The notes below the pieces were generated by a model that saw nothing but the letters and a program-made list of their open reading frames with translations, ran no database searches and was not told where the DNA came from. From Fastidiosibacter lacustris (GTDB lineage: Bacteria > Pseudomonadota > Gammaproteobacteria > Francisellales > Francisellaceae), in assembly GCF_003428155.1 (NCBI RefSeq), contig NZ_QLIR01000018.1, positions 1-32,000 on the forward strand: a stretch of 32,000 bases of DNA, in the 5' to 3' direction. The position numbers and the translations under genes are program-made. Of the stretch, positions 1 through 9,113 are shown piece by piece; position 1 is the first letter of the stretch, and each line of letters opens with the position of its first letter.

Positions 1-25
1 GATGAATTTATTATTAGTATCCAAC

Positions 26-86
26 ATGAGGTTGCTCCTGTTTTTGATTTATTTTGTTTCACGTTTATCAAAACAGGCAACCTCAT
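26..86. repeat. Imperfect inverted repeat forming a long hairpin (ATGAGGTTGC..CTGTTTT / AAAACAG.GCAACCTCAT), about 135 nt beyond the rpoH stop
   Basis: ATGAGGTTGC (26-35) is the exact reverse complement of GCAACCTCAT (77-86). The pairing extends to about 17 bp with a 2-nt bulge. No U-run follows on either strand. Confidence 0.5.
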
Positions 87-219
87 CTAAGTCAAGATGA
101 ATGTCAGATTATATCTAGACTAATACAATATATGTGTTATAGAAACTGTAATTCAGCTAAAACAGTTGAATCTAGAAGAAATCAAGTCAAGTCTAAACTT
201 CTACAACTTATACAGTTTA

Positions 220-1095
220 TTATAACTTTAAAACTGCAATTTTGAGTTTGTGCATTGCTGCCTCTTCAATTTGTCGTATGCGCTCGGCAGAGACATTATG
301 CTTGGCAGCTAGGTCATGTAGGGTAAGCTTTTCATCAACAAACCAGCGCGACATGATAATATCTTTGCTGCGATCATCAAGCTTATCGATTGCGGCTTGC
401 AATTTCTCTTGCGTTTTTTGCTCAAAATCTTCTTCTGCTAAAGCCTGTTCTGGATTGGCAGATTGATCTTCTAAATACATTGCTGGGTGAAAACTTCTCT
501 CATCGTCATTCTCTTCAATTGGGGCATCAAAAGCCATATCATAAGCATTCATCCGTTTTTCCATTTCAAGGACTGTTTCTGGCTTAACACCTAGCTCTTT
601 GGCAACACTTTGAATCTCATCATCACTAAACCAGCCTAAGCGTTTTTTACTGCTCCTTAAATTAAAAAATAGTTTGCGTTGTGATTTTGTGGTAGCAATT
701 TTTACAATGCGCCAATTTTTGAGAATATATTCGTGCATTTCTGCTTTGACCCAATGAACAGCAAAAGATACCAAGCGTACTCCCATATCTGGATCAAAGC
801 GTTTAACTGCTTTCATAAGACCAATATTACCTTCTTGGATTAAATCAGTAATGGGGAGTCCGTAACCTGAAAAGCCACGCGCAACCTTAATAACAAAGCG
901 TAAATGTGACATAATCATTTTTTGAGCAGCTTCGATATCATTTTGGTAACGCAATCGTTTGGCTAATTCCTTTTCTTCTTCTTCAGATAGTATGGGGATG
1001 CTATTGGCAAATCGAATATAGCTATCCAAGCCGTCCGTATCTGATAAGGATGGAATAGGTAAGGTATTTTGTTTTAGAACTAAGTCTTTGCCCAT
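220..1095 (-). CDS. rpoH: RNA polymerase sigma-32 (heat-shock sigma factor RpoH)
   Basis: 291 aa. Has the diagnostic RpoH box QRKLFFNLR, region 2 [18 protein letters not shown] and the region 4.2 [22 protein letters not shown]. Confidence 0.95.
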   Translation of the reverse strand: MGKDLVLKQNTLPIPSLSDTDGLDSYIRFANSIPILSEEEEKELAKRLRYQNDIEAAQKMIMSHLRFVIKVARGFSGYGLPITDLIQEGNIGLMKAVKRFDPDMGVRLVSFAVHWVKAEMHEYILKNWRIVKIATTKSQRKLFFNLRSSKKRLGWFSDDEIQSVAKELGVKPETVLEMEKRMNAYDMAFDAPIEENDDERSFHPAMYLEDQSANPEQALAEEDFEQKTQEKLQAAIDKLDDRSKDIIMSRWFVDEKLTLHDLAAKHNVSAERIRQIEEAAMHKLKIAVLKL

Positions 1096-1140
1096 AGAAT
1101 AAATACTTAAGTTGTTGTTAGTATTGTTGCATGGTTAAAA

Positions 1141-1149
1141 AGTATAGCA
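1141..1149 (-). promoter_or_regulatory. Candidate extended -10 element (TGcTATACT) for rpoH
   Basis: The reverse complement of 1141-1149 reads TGCTATACT, about 45 nt upstream of the rpoH ATG. There is no good -35. Sequence match only. Confidence 0.3.
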
Positions 1150-1285
1150 CAGTTAAATCACACAAAAATGGGGTTTTAAGCAAGAATCTGATTTATGCCT
1201 ACTATAGTTTGTTTGATGTATTTTGTTTGCATTATTACACTTAATAAACAAACCGAAATGAAAAGCCACAAAAGCAATTTATTTA

Positions 1286-1361
1286 TGGCGTCCCCAAGGG
1301 GATTCGAACCCCTGTTACCGCCGTGAAAGGGCGATGTCCTAGGCCTCTAGACGATGGGGAC
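1286..1361 (-). tRNA. tRNA-Glu (anticodon UUC)
   Basis: The reverse complement GTCCCCATCGTCTAGAGGCCTAGGACATCGCCCTTTCACGGCGGTAACAGGGGTTCGAATCCCCTTGGGGACGCCA folds as a cloverleaf. It has a 7-bp acceptor stem, a GGTTCGAATCC T-loop, an encoded CCA and a CUUUCAC anticodon loop. It is near-identical to E. coli tRNA-Glu. Confidence 0.95.
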
Positions 1362-1383
1362 ACAAAATGTGTCTAAATATGAC

Positions 1384-1459
<76 letters not shown>

Positions 1460-1472
1460 AAGCCGAAGCTGC

Positions 1473-1501
1473 ATTCTAGTGTGCTTTTTATGGGCTGTCA
1501 A
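1473..1501 (-). promoter_or_regulatory. Near-consensus sigma-70 promoter for the tRNA-Ala/tRNA-Glu transcription unit
   Basis: The minus strand reads TTGACA (1501-1496), a 17-nt spacer, then TAGAAT (1478-1473). A GC-rich discriminator GCAGC follows, and the mature tRNA-Ala 5-prime end lies 13 nt after the -10. Confidence 0.6.
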
Positions 1502-1823
1502 GCACTAGATTTTAATAAACAAAAAAATTACTTCTAATAGGGGTTAATTCCATACATGGTTCTGCTTATTGAGGCAAGGATTTTTATTTAGATATTGATA
1601 AATTTATTCTTTTTATATTTACGTATATTGCCGCCCATCTGAATAAAAGAATCAATAAATTGGAAGATTCACTCTTGGTTTAATTAGGTCTGAGATTATT
1701 TGTACATTAATTTCATCGAGGTTTCATGTTGCAAAAATAATTTATTTCACAGAATATGTGAATAACTACGCTATAATGATAACACGATCTAGTTAGCGTA
1801 AGTTAAAAAGAAAGTTTCCATCG

Positions 1824-2230
1824 ATGAAAAACAAACGACTCAATTTGGCAGGATTCTCGTTGATCGAATTATTGGTAGTGATTGCTGTGATTGCAATTTT
1901 AACTGCAATTGCGATTCCACTGTATAACAGTTATACGTTGCGTGCACATCGCTCAGATGCAATCAGTGCACTTAGCACAATTGCCATGAATGAAGAAGCG
2001 CATATGCTCAGTAGTGGAATCTATACTGGCACTTTGAATGAGGTCTGGTTAGGTACGACAAGTACAAGAGGCTTTTATGCTATGACCTGTCAGGCGTGAA
2101 TAGTAGCGGCTATGTAATAACAGCAACTCCAATTGGTTCGCAAACTTCTGATAGTGGGGACTGTCCTCATTTAACATTAGCAGCCAACGACGGTTCAATC
2201 ATCAGAACACCTACTGGTTGTTGGGAGTAA
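1824..2230 (+). pseudogene. Type IV pilin (PilE/PilA-like), reading frame broken by an apparent 1-nt deletion near 2094-2096
   Basis: The N-terminus MKNKRLNLAG/FSLIELLVVIAVIAILTAIAIPLY is a class III prepilin signal, with G-1, F+1 and E+5. The frame stops at 2097-2099 after ..GFYAMTCQA. A second reading frame, offset by one base and open from 2042 to 2230, encodes VNSSGYVITATPIGSQTSDSGDCPHLTLAANDGSIIRTPTGCWE, the typical pilin C-terminal disulfide loop. The joined length is about 135 aa. Confidence 0.75.
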
Positions 2231-2234
2231 GGTA

Positions 2235-2972
2235 TCAAAGTTTACGCCATAAAGCGTTGCCTTTGGATTTTTTATCTAGCAGGGTTAAGTATTCTTCATG
2301 TGCTTTGGGTGTACAATTGTCAGCAAGTAAATCAATAAGCCTTATTTTATTAACTTCTTCAGCTTTTGCATGTGTCTGTATGGTGGAGCTTGTGGCTAAT
2401 AAATGTGTTTGTGTATTGTCGCTTATGTCAGATAAGTTAAATAAATTAAGTTGTCCGCCAGTCATTAATAAATAGACTTCAGCTAAAAGCTCGGAGTCAA
2501 GAAGTGCACCATGAAGTGCTCGATGTTTGTTATTTACGCCGTAACGTGAGCAAAGCGCATCAAGCGAGTTTTTTTGTCCTGGATGTTTTTCTCTGGCCAT
2601 GAGTAAGCTATCAATGATAGTGCAGTGGTTTTCAATCTGTCCCCACTTATTTGACTTAAGGTGTTGAAGCTCCCAATTTAAAAAGGGTAGGTCAAAAGCT
2701 GCGTTGTGTATGATTAGTTCTGAGCCTTGTAGAAATGCTATGATTTCATCAATTTTGTCAGCAAAAAGTGGTTTATCTGCCAAAAACTCATTGCTGATTC
2801 CATGAACTTGGAAAGCTCCTGCTTCAACTTCAATATCTGGCTTGAAATAAAAGTGAAGATTCTTACCTGTAAGTTTGCGACTGATCATTTCAACAGCCCC
2901 AAATTCAATGATGCGATGACCAGCTTTATAGTCAAACCCAGTTGTTTCAGTATCTACAAAAATTTGGCGCAT
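2235..2972 (-). CDS. dnaQ: DNA polymerase III epsilon subunit (3-prime to 5-prime proofreading exonuclease)
   Basis: 245 aa. Has Exo I FVDTETTG, Exo II IIHNAAFDLPFL and Exo III-epsilon HGALLDSELLAEVY. Confidence 0.9.
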   Translation of the reverse strand: MRQIFVDTETTGFDYKAGHRIIEFGAVEMISRKLTGKNLHFYFKPDIEVEAGAFQVHGISNEFLADKPLFADKIDEIIAFLQGSELIIHNAAFDLPFLNWELQHLKSNKWGQIENHCTIIDSLLMAREKHPGQKNSLDALCSRYGVNNKHRALHGALLDSELLAEVYLLMTGGQLNLFNLSDISDNTQTHLLATSSTIQTHAKAEEVNKIRLIDLLADNCTPKAHEEYLTLLDKKSKGNALWRKL

Positions 2973-3230
2973 GAAACCTTTCTATTGGTTAGGCAAAATA
3001 TGGTAGCTATTATAGCCAAGCAAATATTGTTTTGACACAGTAATGTTTAGCAATAGTCACTATAGTTTCTCTTCCTTAAATGCACCATGATTGACAATTA
3101 ATACCAAGAGCGATTCAATGAATCTAGCGCTAACTCATTAATTTCATGACTTTTATTAGGTAGAGACTTAAGAGTAAAAAGTTTTGTTATTTATGTTGCT
3201 GAGTTATAGATTTAATTTATAGCAGATAGC

Positions 3231-4373
3231 TTATGGCAAGAAAAGGTAAATTAAGTCATTTAAAAACCGTTGTCCAATCTTGCTAGGGATAAAATATTTT
3301 CCATTTTGAATAAGCAGCTTGCGATTAATGGCTAGATCTAACGTTTGTTCAATCGTTTCTATTCCTAAACCAGTCGTTTGCTCAAATAAGTCAGTTGAGA
3401 ATCCATTGTATAAGCGTAGTGCATTGAGCATAAACTCATATGGACGATCTTCTTTCATAATTTGGGATTGCCCATAAGGAAACCTTTTTTCGCTGATATA
3501 GAGTGTTGGATGCTTGCGCTTCCAATAGCGCTTGATGATATTTTGTTGTGGATAACTTATTTTACTGTGAGCGCCTGCACCTATCCCTATGTAATCGCCA
3601 AAGTGCCAATAATTAAGGTTATGTTTAGCTTGGAGTGTTTTGCATTTGGCATAAGCAGATGTTTCATATTGATCAAAACCTTGCTCACCAATCAATGCTT
3701 TGCCTTGAGTTTCAATTTCATAAAGTAAATCTTCATCTGGCAGCTTAGGTGGTTTCACGGCAAAAGGGGTGTTAGGCTCAAGTGTGAGTTGATACCAGGA
3801 TAAGTGTGTTGGTTCTAAAGCAATTGCCTGGTTTAAATCATAGATAGCATCTCCAACGCTTTGATTGGGTAAGCCGTGCATAAGGTCAAGGTTAAAGTTA
3901 TTAAATCCCGCGCATTTTAGCTTTTCTACTGCATGATAGATATTTTGGTCATTATGAATACGACCAAGGATTTGTAGTTTATCATTTTGGAAGCTTTGTA
4001 CTCCAAGTGATATGCGGTTGATACCCATAGCTTTATAATCACAAAATTTACCATGCTCAATAGTACCTGGGTTAGCTTCCAATGTGATTTCGGTGTTATT
4101 GTCGGTAAGGTTGTGTTGATTAAGGTAATCAAAAAATTTAGATAATGTTAGGCTTGGAAATAATGAAGGTGTCCCTCCACCTAAAAAAATGGAGCTAAAT
4201 TTCCTGTCTTGTAAATCTTGATGATGACTTTCTAAATCACGAATAAGCGTTTGTAGATATTCGTTGGCTGGCAAGGATGTTCTTAATTGATGTGAATTAA
4301 AATCGCAATAAGGGCATTTTTTGACACACCAAGGAAAATGAACATAAAGGCTTATAGGTGGAAGTTTTAACAT
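3231..4373 (-). CDS. hemW: Radical SAM heme chaperone HemW (HemN-like, YggW family)
   Basis: 380 aa. Has the CxxxCxxC cluster CVKKCPYCDF and the motif FLGGGTPSLF, and the length is typical of HemW rather than HemN. The start ATG overlaps the usp stop (TAATG at 4371-4375). Confidence 0.85.
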   Translation of the reverse strand: MLKLPPISLYVHFPWCVKKCPYCDFNSHQLRTSLPANEYLQTLIRDLESHHQDLQDRKFSSIFLGGGTPSLFPSLTLSKFFDYLNQHNLTDNNTEITLEANPGTIEHGKFCDYKAMGINRISLGVQSFQNDKLQILGRIHNDQNIYHAVEKLKCAGFNNFNLDLMHGLPNQSVGDAIYDLNQAIALEPTHLSWYQLTLEPNTPFAVKPPKLPDEDLLYEIETQGKALIGEQGFDQYETSAYAKCKTLQAKHNLNYWHFGDYIGIGAGAHSKISYPQQNIIKRYWKRKHPTLYISEKRFPYGQSQIMKEDRPYEFMLNALRLYNGFSTDLFEQTTGLGIETIEQTLDLAINRKLLIQNGKYFIPSKIGQRFLNDLIYLFLP

Positions 4374-4819
4374 TATTTGGATTGACCAATGCGAATAACA
4401 AGTACATCACAGTGCGCGCGTTGCAATACACCATTTGCAGTTGAGCCAATAAAGCGCTCAACACCATAGCGACCATGGCTGCCGATAACAATAATATCAC
4501 AGTTAAGCTCTTCAGCAAGCTTGACGATTTTGCGCTTTGGTGAACCATGCAATAGATGAAAATCCGCTTCGATGTCAATTTGTGCCTCCAATGCTTTTAA
4601 ATGCTTCATATTTTCTTCTTCTAGATAATCCTCTAGATCAGAAATAGAAGGAACGCCTGAGGCCATGTAATATGGAATATTTGGTAAAACATTGACTACG
4701 CTTAATTTTGCATTATTGCGTTTAGCAAGAGATACGGCTTGTTCAATGACTGGTTGATTGTCGGCGTGTAGATCCGTCGCGAGTAAGATGTGCTTGTAAT
4801 TTTTCATCAGGAACTCCAA
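4373..4819 (-). CDS. Universal stress protein (UspA family)
   Basis: 148 aa. The C-terminal ATP-binding motif is VIGSHGRYGVERFIGSTANGVLQRAHCDVLVI (G-2x-G-9x-G-S/T). Confidence 0.85.
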   Translation of the reverse strand: MEFLMKNYKHILLATDLHADNQPVIEQAVSLAKRNNAKLSVVNVLPNIPYYMASGVPSISDLEDYLEEENMKHLKALEAQIDIEADFHLLHGSPKRKIVKLAEELNCDIIVIGSHGRYGVERFIGSTANGVLQRAHCDVLVIRIGQSK

Positions 4820-4989
4820 AACTATATTAATGTTGAACGATAAGCATTTTAAAAAACTTCATCTGTAAAAGATAGTGAGAGTTATGGTGAAAAAAATATG
4901 ATTGTGGTCTATTTCGCCAAATACTAGTTGAAATATAAGGGTTAAAAATTTAAGCTAGCCGCTATCGTTTTAAAGTCAATTCTAGGTAA

Positions 4990-5319
4990 ATGATGATGAA
5001 TGCGAATATGGGTAAGTTCATGCAACAAGCGCAAAAAATGCAAGAGCAAATGAAAAAAATGCAAGAGGCACAAGAAAGTATAGAGGTAACTGGTGAATCA
5101 GGTGTTGGTCTTGTAAAGGTAATTATGACAGGTAAACACGATGTTAAACGTGTTGAAATCGATCCAAGTTTGTTGACAGAGGAAAAAGAAATTTTGGAAG
5201 ATCTTTTTGCTGCTGCGGTTAATGATGCAGTGCGTAGAATTGAAACAAAGGCTCAAGAAAGCATGGCGCATTTTAGCAAGGGTTTTAATATTCCAGCTGG
5301 TTTTAAATTCCCATTCTAA
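4990..5319 (+). CDS. ybaB: Nucleoid-associated protein YbaB/EbfC
   Basis: 109 aa. Has the family N-terminus [20 protein letters not shown] and sits immediately upstream of recR, a conserved pairing. The exact start among four nearby ATGs is uncertain. Confidence 0.85.
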   Translation: MMMNANMGKFMQQAQKMQEQMKKMQEAQESIEVTGESGVGLVKVIMTGKHDVKRVEIDPSLLTEEKEILEDLFAAAVNDAVRRIETKAQESMAHFSKGFNIPAGFKFPF

Positions 5320-5343
5320 TTAATCTGATTTAATTCTTTTGAT

Positions 5344-5949
5344 ATGACGCAAAAATTGTTTTCACCTAAGGTAGAAGCCCTGATTGAAGCATTAAAAATA
5401 TTGCCAGGGGTGGGCAGAAAAAGTGCCCAGAGAATGGCGATTCAGCTGTTAGATAAAAAGCCAGATGCTGCTCAGCAATTAGCTCATAGTATTAGTGAGG
5501 CGGTACGTGCTGTAAAACGCTGTACGCAATGTAATATGTTATGCGAAACAGATGTGTGCCATATTTGTGCAAGTCCACGCCGAGACGATACACAACTTTG
5601 TGTTGTTGAGAATATGTTGGATATGATGGCAATTGAAAGTACCGCAATTTATTTGGGCAAATATTTTATTTTACATGGACGTATTTCTCCACTAGATGGG
5701 ATGGGACCTAATGAATTGAAATTACCAAGACTCAAAGCCATTGTACTTCAAAAGCAAATCACTGAGATTGTGATGGCACTTAGTCCATCTGTTGAGGGTG
5801 AGACAACGGTACACTTTATTTCAGATATGTTAAAAGTGCACGAGTGTAAGATTACACGCATTGGCTTTGGTGTGCCGTTTGGTGGTGAGCTTGAGTATTT
5901 AGATCAAAAAACTTTAACACATGCCTTTAATGCACGCGTAAACTTTTGA
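5344..5949 (+). CDS. recR: Recombination protein RecR
   Basis: 201 aa. Has the HhH LPGVGRKSAQRMA, the C4 zinc finger CTQCNMLCETDVCHIC and a Toprim region. Confidence 0.95.
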   Translation: MTQKLFSPKVEALIEALKILPGVGRKSAQRMAIQLLDKKPDAAQQLAHSISEAVRAVKRCTQCNMLCETDVCHICASPRRDDTQLCVVENMLDMMAIESTAIYLGKYFILHGRISPLDGMGPNELKLPRLKAIVLQKQITEIVMALSPSVEGETTVHFISDMLKVHECKITRIGFGVPFGGELEYLDQKTLTHAFNARVNF

Positions 5950-5984
5950 TTGACTTTTTATGATAAGTACTAGTCTTGCTCTAC

Positions 5985-6323
5985 TTACAATGCTTCTTCA
6001 TCTTTTTCGCAGGTGCGAATGCGAATGACTTCGTCTAAATGAGTAACAGTGATTTTACCTGAGCCGATTTTATCGCTTTTATTCACCTCAACGATGGCAT
6101 CAATAAACACATCTTTTTGTGTATCTTTGCAGATTACGTCTATTTTGATCTTCGGCAAAAAATCAACAGCATATTCTGCACCTCGATATAGTTCCGTGTG
6201 ACCTAATTGACGACCGAAGCCTTTGACTTCCGTCACCGTAATGCCAGATGCGCCTGCAATTAACAAGGCTTCACGAGTGCGATCCAATAAAAAAGGTTTA
6301 ATATAAGCAGTAATTAGCTTCAT
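5985..6323 (-). CDS. Nitrogen regulatory protein P-II (GlnB/GlnK family)
   Basis: 112 aa. The T-loop TEVKGFGRQLGHTELYRGAEY keeps the Tyr51 uridylylation site, and the protein aligns with E. coli GlnB over its full length. Confidence 0.9.
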   Translation of the reverse strand: MKLITAYIKPFLLDRTREALLIAGASGITVTEVKGFGRQLGHTELYRGAEYAVDFLPKIKIDVICKDTQKDVFIDAIVEVNKSDKIGSGKITVTHLDEVIRIRTCEKDEEAL

Positions 6324-6399
6324 GCTCGAATTAATTTATCAATTTGAATGACTATGCTACATTATGCACTATCTATAAGTAAAGAATTAAGAGTCAGCA

Positions 6400-6654
6400 A
6401 TGAAAATCAATAGCAAAATTATCGACGATGTTGCCAATAAAATTTCTCATTCCCTTCCTAGTGGAATTAAAAGTATTGCAAGCGAATTTGAAAGCAGTTG
6501 TAAAAGCATTCTTAAAGCAAGCTTCGAGAAGTTGGATTTAGTTACACGTGAAGAGTTTGATATCCAAAAAGAGGTTTTATTGAAAACTCGTCAAAAGCTT
6601 GAGCAACTCGAAAAGAAAATCGATGAATTGCTTGCTCAACACGATGGCAAATAG
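6400..6654 (+). CDS. ubiK: Ubiquinone biosynthesis accessory factor UbiK (YqiC/BMFP family)
   Basis: 84 aa. The coiled-coil core LDLVTREEFDIQKEVLLKTRQKLEQLEKKIDEL closely matches the E. coli YqiC core LDLVSREEFDVQ..VLLRTREKL. Confidence 0.85.
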   Translation: MKINSKIIDDVANKISHSLPSGIKSIASEFESSCKSILKASFEKLDLVTREEFDIQKEVLLKTRQKLEQLEKKIDELLAQHDGK

Positions 6655-6663
6655 GTAGTTTAG

Positions 6664-8169
6664 ATGTCATTGGCTACTGTTTATAGTCGTGCACAACTTG
6701 GAATTGAAGCACCTTCTGTCACAGTTGAGGTCCATTTATCGCAAGGTTTGCCAAGCTTGTCTATAGTAGGGCTTCCTGAAGCTGCGGTAAAAGAGAGTAA
6801 AGATCGTGTAAGAAGTGCGATCATCAATTCTGGCTTCCAATTTCCAACCAAACGTATCACCATTAACCTTGCTCCTGCTGATTTACCTAAAGAAGGCGGT
6901 CGATATGATCTTCCCATTGCTATTGGTATTTTACTTGCTTCCAAGCAAATCATAGCACCTGAAGTCTTGGAATATGAGTTTGCGGCTGAGCTTTCGCTTT
7001 CAGGGAAGCTGCGTCCAATAAAAGGCATGCTCCCTTTTGCTATTCAATGCTTAAAGAGTAGTCGCAGTCTAATATTTGCACTAAAAAACCAAGAAGAAGT
7101 GGCGCTTGTTCCCAATATGTGTGCTTACTCTGCCAAAAACCTACAAGAAGTTGTTTTGCATTTATCTAGGACTCAACTGCTAAATAAGTTGACTTTGTCC
7201 GAAAAGCAAATGAGTACACAAAGGCTGTTAGATTTAGCAGATGTTAAGGGGCAATTTCAAGCAAAACGCGCTCTTGAAATTGCAGCTGCGGGTGGGCATA
7301 ACCTATTGTTTGTTGGACCGCCTGGTACTGGAAAAACAATGCTAGCTTCTCGCTTTAATACCATATTGCCAGCATTGACGATGGATGAGGCATTAAGTAC
7401 AGCAATGATTGCCTCAATTAAGGGTATGAGCAATATTGCAGAGCGTTTTTATGAGCGTCCATTTCGTGCGCCGCACCACACGTCATCTGCGATTTCCCTT
7501 GTTGGTGGAGGTACTAATCCCAAACCGGGTGAGATTTCTTTAGCACACAATGGTGTGTTGTTTTTGGATGAGCTACCAGAATTTGATCGACATGTATTGG
7601 AAGTTCTACGTGAACCATTGGAATCTGGCACAATTATTATCTCTCGCGCCAACGCTCAAGTTGAGTATCCTGCTAAATTTCAGCTTATTGCAGCGATGAA
7701 TCCTTGTCCTTGTGGTTTTTTAGGCTCACAAGTAAAGTCCTGTAAAGATACGGATGTTCAGATAAAACGTTATCAACAAAAACTCTCAGGACCTTTACTG
7801 GATCGAATTGATTTACAGGTGGAAGTGTTAGAAGTTGATCATCACACTTTAACTAATATAGATCGTCAAGTTTCAAGTGCTGAAATAAAAGCGCGTGTTA
7901 CGGTAGCACGTGCACGTCAGCTTAAGCGCCAAAATAAAATTAATGCCGAACTTCAAGGCAAGGAAATTGATCAATTTTGTGTTTTAGGTAATAATGAGCG
8001 GCTGTTATTGGCGGATGCCATACAAAAGCTTGGATTGTCGGCAAGAGGGTATCACCGTATCTTAAAAATTGCCCGTACTATTGCTGACTTAGAGACCGCG
8101 GATTTGATTAGCAAACAACACATTCAAGAGGCAATTAGCTATCGCAAATTTGAACGTTTTCGTCAATAA
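6664..8169 (+). CDS. comM: YifB/ComM family Mg-chelatase-like ATPase
   Basis: 501 aa. Has Walker A GPPGTGKTM, Walker B VLFLDELPEF and the C-terminal RGYHRILKIARTIADL. Confidence 0.9.
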   Translation: MSLATVYSRAQLGIEAPSVTVEVHLSQGLPSLSIVGLPEAAVKESKDRVRSAIINSGFQFPTKRITINLAPADLPKEGGRYDLPIAIGILLASKQIIAPEVLEYEFAAELSLSGKLRPIKGMLPFAIQCLKSSRSLIFALKNQEEVALVPNMCAYSAKNLQEVVLHLSRTQLLNKLTLSEKQMSTQRLLDLADVKGQFQAKRALEIAAAGGHNLLFVGPPGTGKTMLASRFNTILPALTMDEALSTAMIASIKGMSNIAERFYERPFRAPHHTSSAISLVGGGTNPKPGEISLAHNGVLFLDELPEFDRHVLEVLREPLESGTIIISRANAQVEYPAKFQLIAAMNPCPCGFLGSQVKSCKDTDVQIKRYQQKLSGPLLDRIDLQVEVLEVDHHTLTNIDRQVSSAEIKARVTVARARQLKRQNKINAELQGKEIDQFCVLGNNERLLLADAIQKLGLSARGYHRILKIARTIADLETADLISKQHIQEAISYRKFERFRQ

Positions 8170-8198
8170 CATAAACATGAATAAAAATGGTAGTGTAG

Positions 8199-9113
8199 AT
8201 GAAAAAAATTAGTTCACAGTTATTAGTCTTTATACTGTATTTATGGAGCAGACTCAGCTTTGGTATGGCGCAACGTATTGGCTGGGTGATTGGATCATTA
8301 TTTTATTACTTTAATAATAATATGCGTAGAGTAGCAAGTATTAACATTGATAAATGCTTTCCTGATCTAAGTGTTTATCACAAAAAGCGTTTGTTGAAAA
8401 AAACGCTTCAGCAAACGTGCATGACAGGCGCTGAAATGCCTGCTATTTTATTCAAAAGTCCTCAAAAGCTATTGCAACAAATTCGTGTGACCCATGGCGA
8501 TAAACTGATGCAAAAGCTCTATGAAGAGGCGCGTGGAGTGATGGTGTTAGGGCCGCACATTGGTAGTTATGAAATAGGTTCTATGTTTTACCCAAATAGT
8601 TATCCTGCGGCAATGCTTTATACTCCACCCAAGATCAAGACTTTGGATCGACTCATTTTACGTGCACGTTCACGCCTATGCAAAAACATGTCTCCTGCTA
8701 GTCACAAGGGTGTCAAAATGCTGTTTAAAGCACTTGCCAATAAAGAAGTCATTGCGATGCTAACCGATCAAGTGCCAGTCGATGCAGGCGGCACTTACGT
8801 TGATTTCTTTGGTCATCCTGCTAAAACCATGAACTTTCCAACGAAGTTATACCAAAAGCTTAAACCTGCTGTTGTCTTGAGTTATGTTGTTAGAAATGGT
8901 ATCGGTAAAGGTTCTACTTTATTTATTGAGGATCTTGAACCTTTGATCAAAAAATATGAAATGCTAGATGATATTGAAGACCCTGTAGCATATGCTTTTA
9001 GTAAGCGTTTTGAAGAAATCATTCGCCAATATCCAGAGCAATATCAATGGACTTATAAACGCTTTAAATATCATCCAGATGGTTTGGACTACTACGAGAA
9101 GGATAAAAAATGA
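8199..9113 (+). CDS. Lipid A biosynthesis late acyltransferase (LpxL/LpxM/HtrB family)
   Basis: 304 aa. Has an N-terminal membrane anchor, the HX4E catalytic motif GPHIGSYEIG and the motif MLTDQ. Acyl-chain specificity is not inferable. The stop overlaps the hemE start (ATGA). Confidence 0.75.
   Translation: MKKISSQLLVFILYLWSRLSFGMAQRIGWVIGSLFYYFNNNMRRVASINIDKCFPDLSVYHKKRLLKKTLQQTCMTGAEMPAILFKSPQKLLQQIRVTHGDKLMQKLYEEARGVMVLGPHIGSYEIGSMFYPNSYPAAMLYTPPKIKTLDRLILRARSRLCKNMSPASHKGVKMLFKALANKEVIAMLTDQVPVDAGGTYVDFFGHPAKTMNFPTKLYQKLKPAVVLSYVVRNGIGKGSTLFIEDLEPLIKKYEMLDDIEDPVAYAFSKRFEEIIRQYPEQYQWTYKRFKYHPDGLDYYEKDKK

Noticed and set aside
54-245. A 63-aa plus-strand ORF in the region downstream of rpoH.
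   Set aside because: It has no recognisable motif and no convincing ribosome-binding site. It overlaps the rpoH 3-prime end, and its composition is typical of random AT-rich sequence.
1096-1140. A possible RpoH mRNA thermosensor structure around the start codon, as is known for E. coli rpoH.
   Set aside because: This cannot be evaluated reliably by eye and I found no obvious extended pairing. It would need RNA folding and covariation analysis.
1719-1734. A sigma-54-like element (GG..TTGCA) upstream of the pilin gene, considered because many pilin genes are RpoN-dependent.
   Set aside because: The GG and GC dinucleotides are separated by 9 nt rather than the required 10, and the flanking bases match the TGGCAC-N5-TTGCW consensus poorly.
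3091-3119. A plus-strand TTGACA-17-TTCAAT promoter-like match in the dnaQ/hemW spacer, which could drive a small or antisense RNA.
   Set aside because: There is no plus-strand gene, conserved structure or terminator downstream, and it points into the 3-prime end of hemW. Such matches are frequent by chance in AT-rich spacers. RNA-seq would be needed to revive this idea.
5950-6399. The P-II gene stands alone, without amtB, glnA or glnD nearby. I considered this as a sign of amtB loss.
   Set aside because: glnB-type P-II genes are commonly monocistronic, so the absence of amtB in the window is not unusual by itself. Deciding between glnB and glnK needs a phylogeny and the whole genome.
6681-7028. 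A 115-aa ORF antisense to comM. Similar track ORFs lie inside or opposite strong genes: 242-466, 390-587, 2218-2475, 2802-3035, 3462-3728, 3926-4132, 4297-4578, 7449-7652, 8964-9164, 9295-9492, 9953-10168, 10721-11074, 11295-11525, 11336-11536, 11761-12153, 13369-13551, 14136-14366, 14600-14974, 15425-15686, 16072-16302, 16652-16988, 17215-17409, 17824-18024, 18181-18518, 20247-20465, 22115-22402, 25625-25828, 26810-26995, 27065-27283, 30463-30681 and 31771-31953.
   Set aside because: Each fully overlaps a gene that has unmistakable family motifs in another frame or on the other strand. Their translations are low-complexity or Cys/Ser/Leu-rich shadow-frame products with no recognisable motifs. 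One of them (14600-14974) runs through the tRNA-Leu gene.
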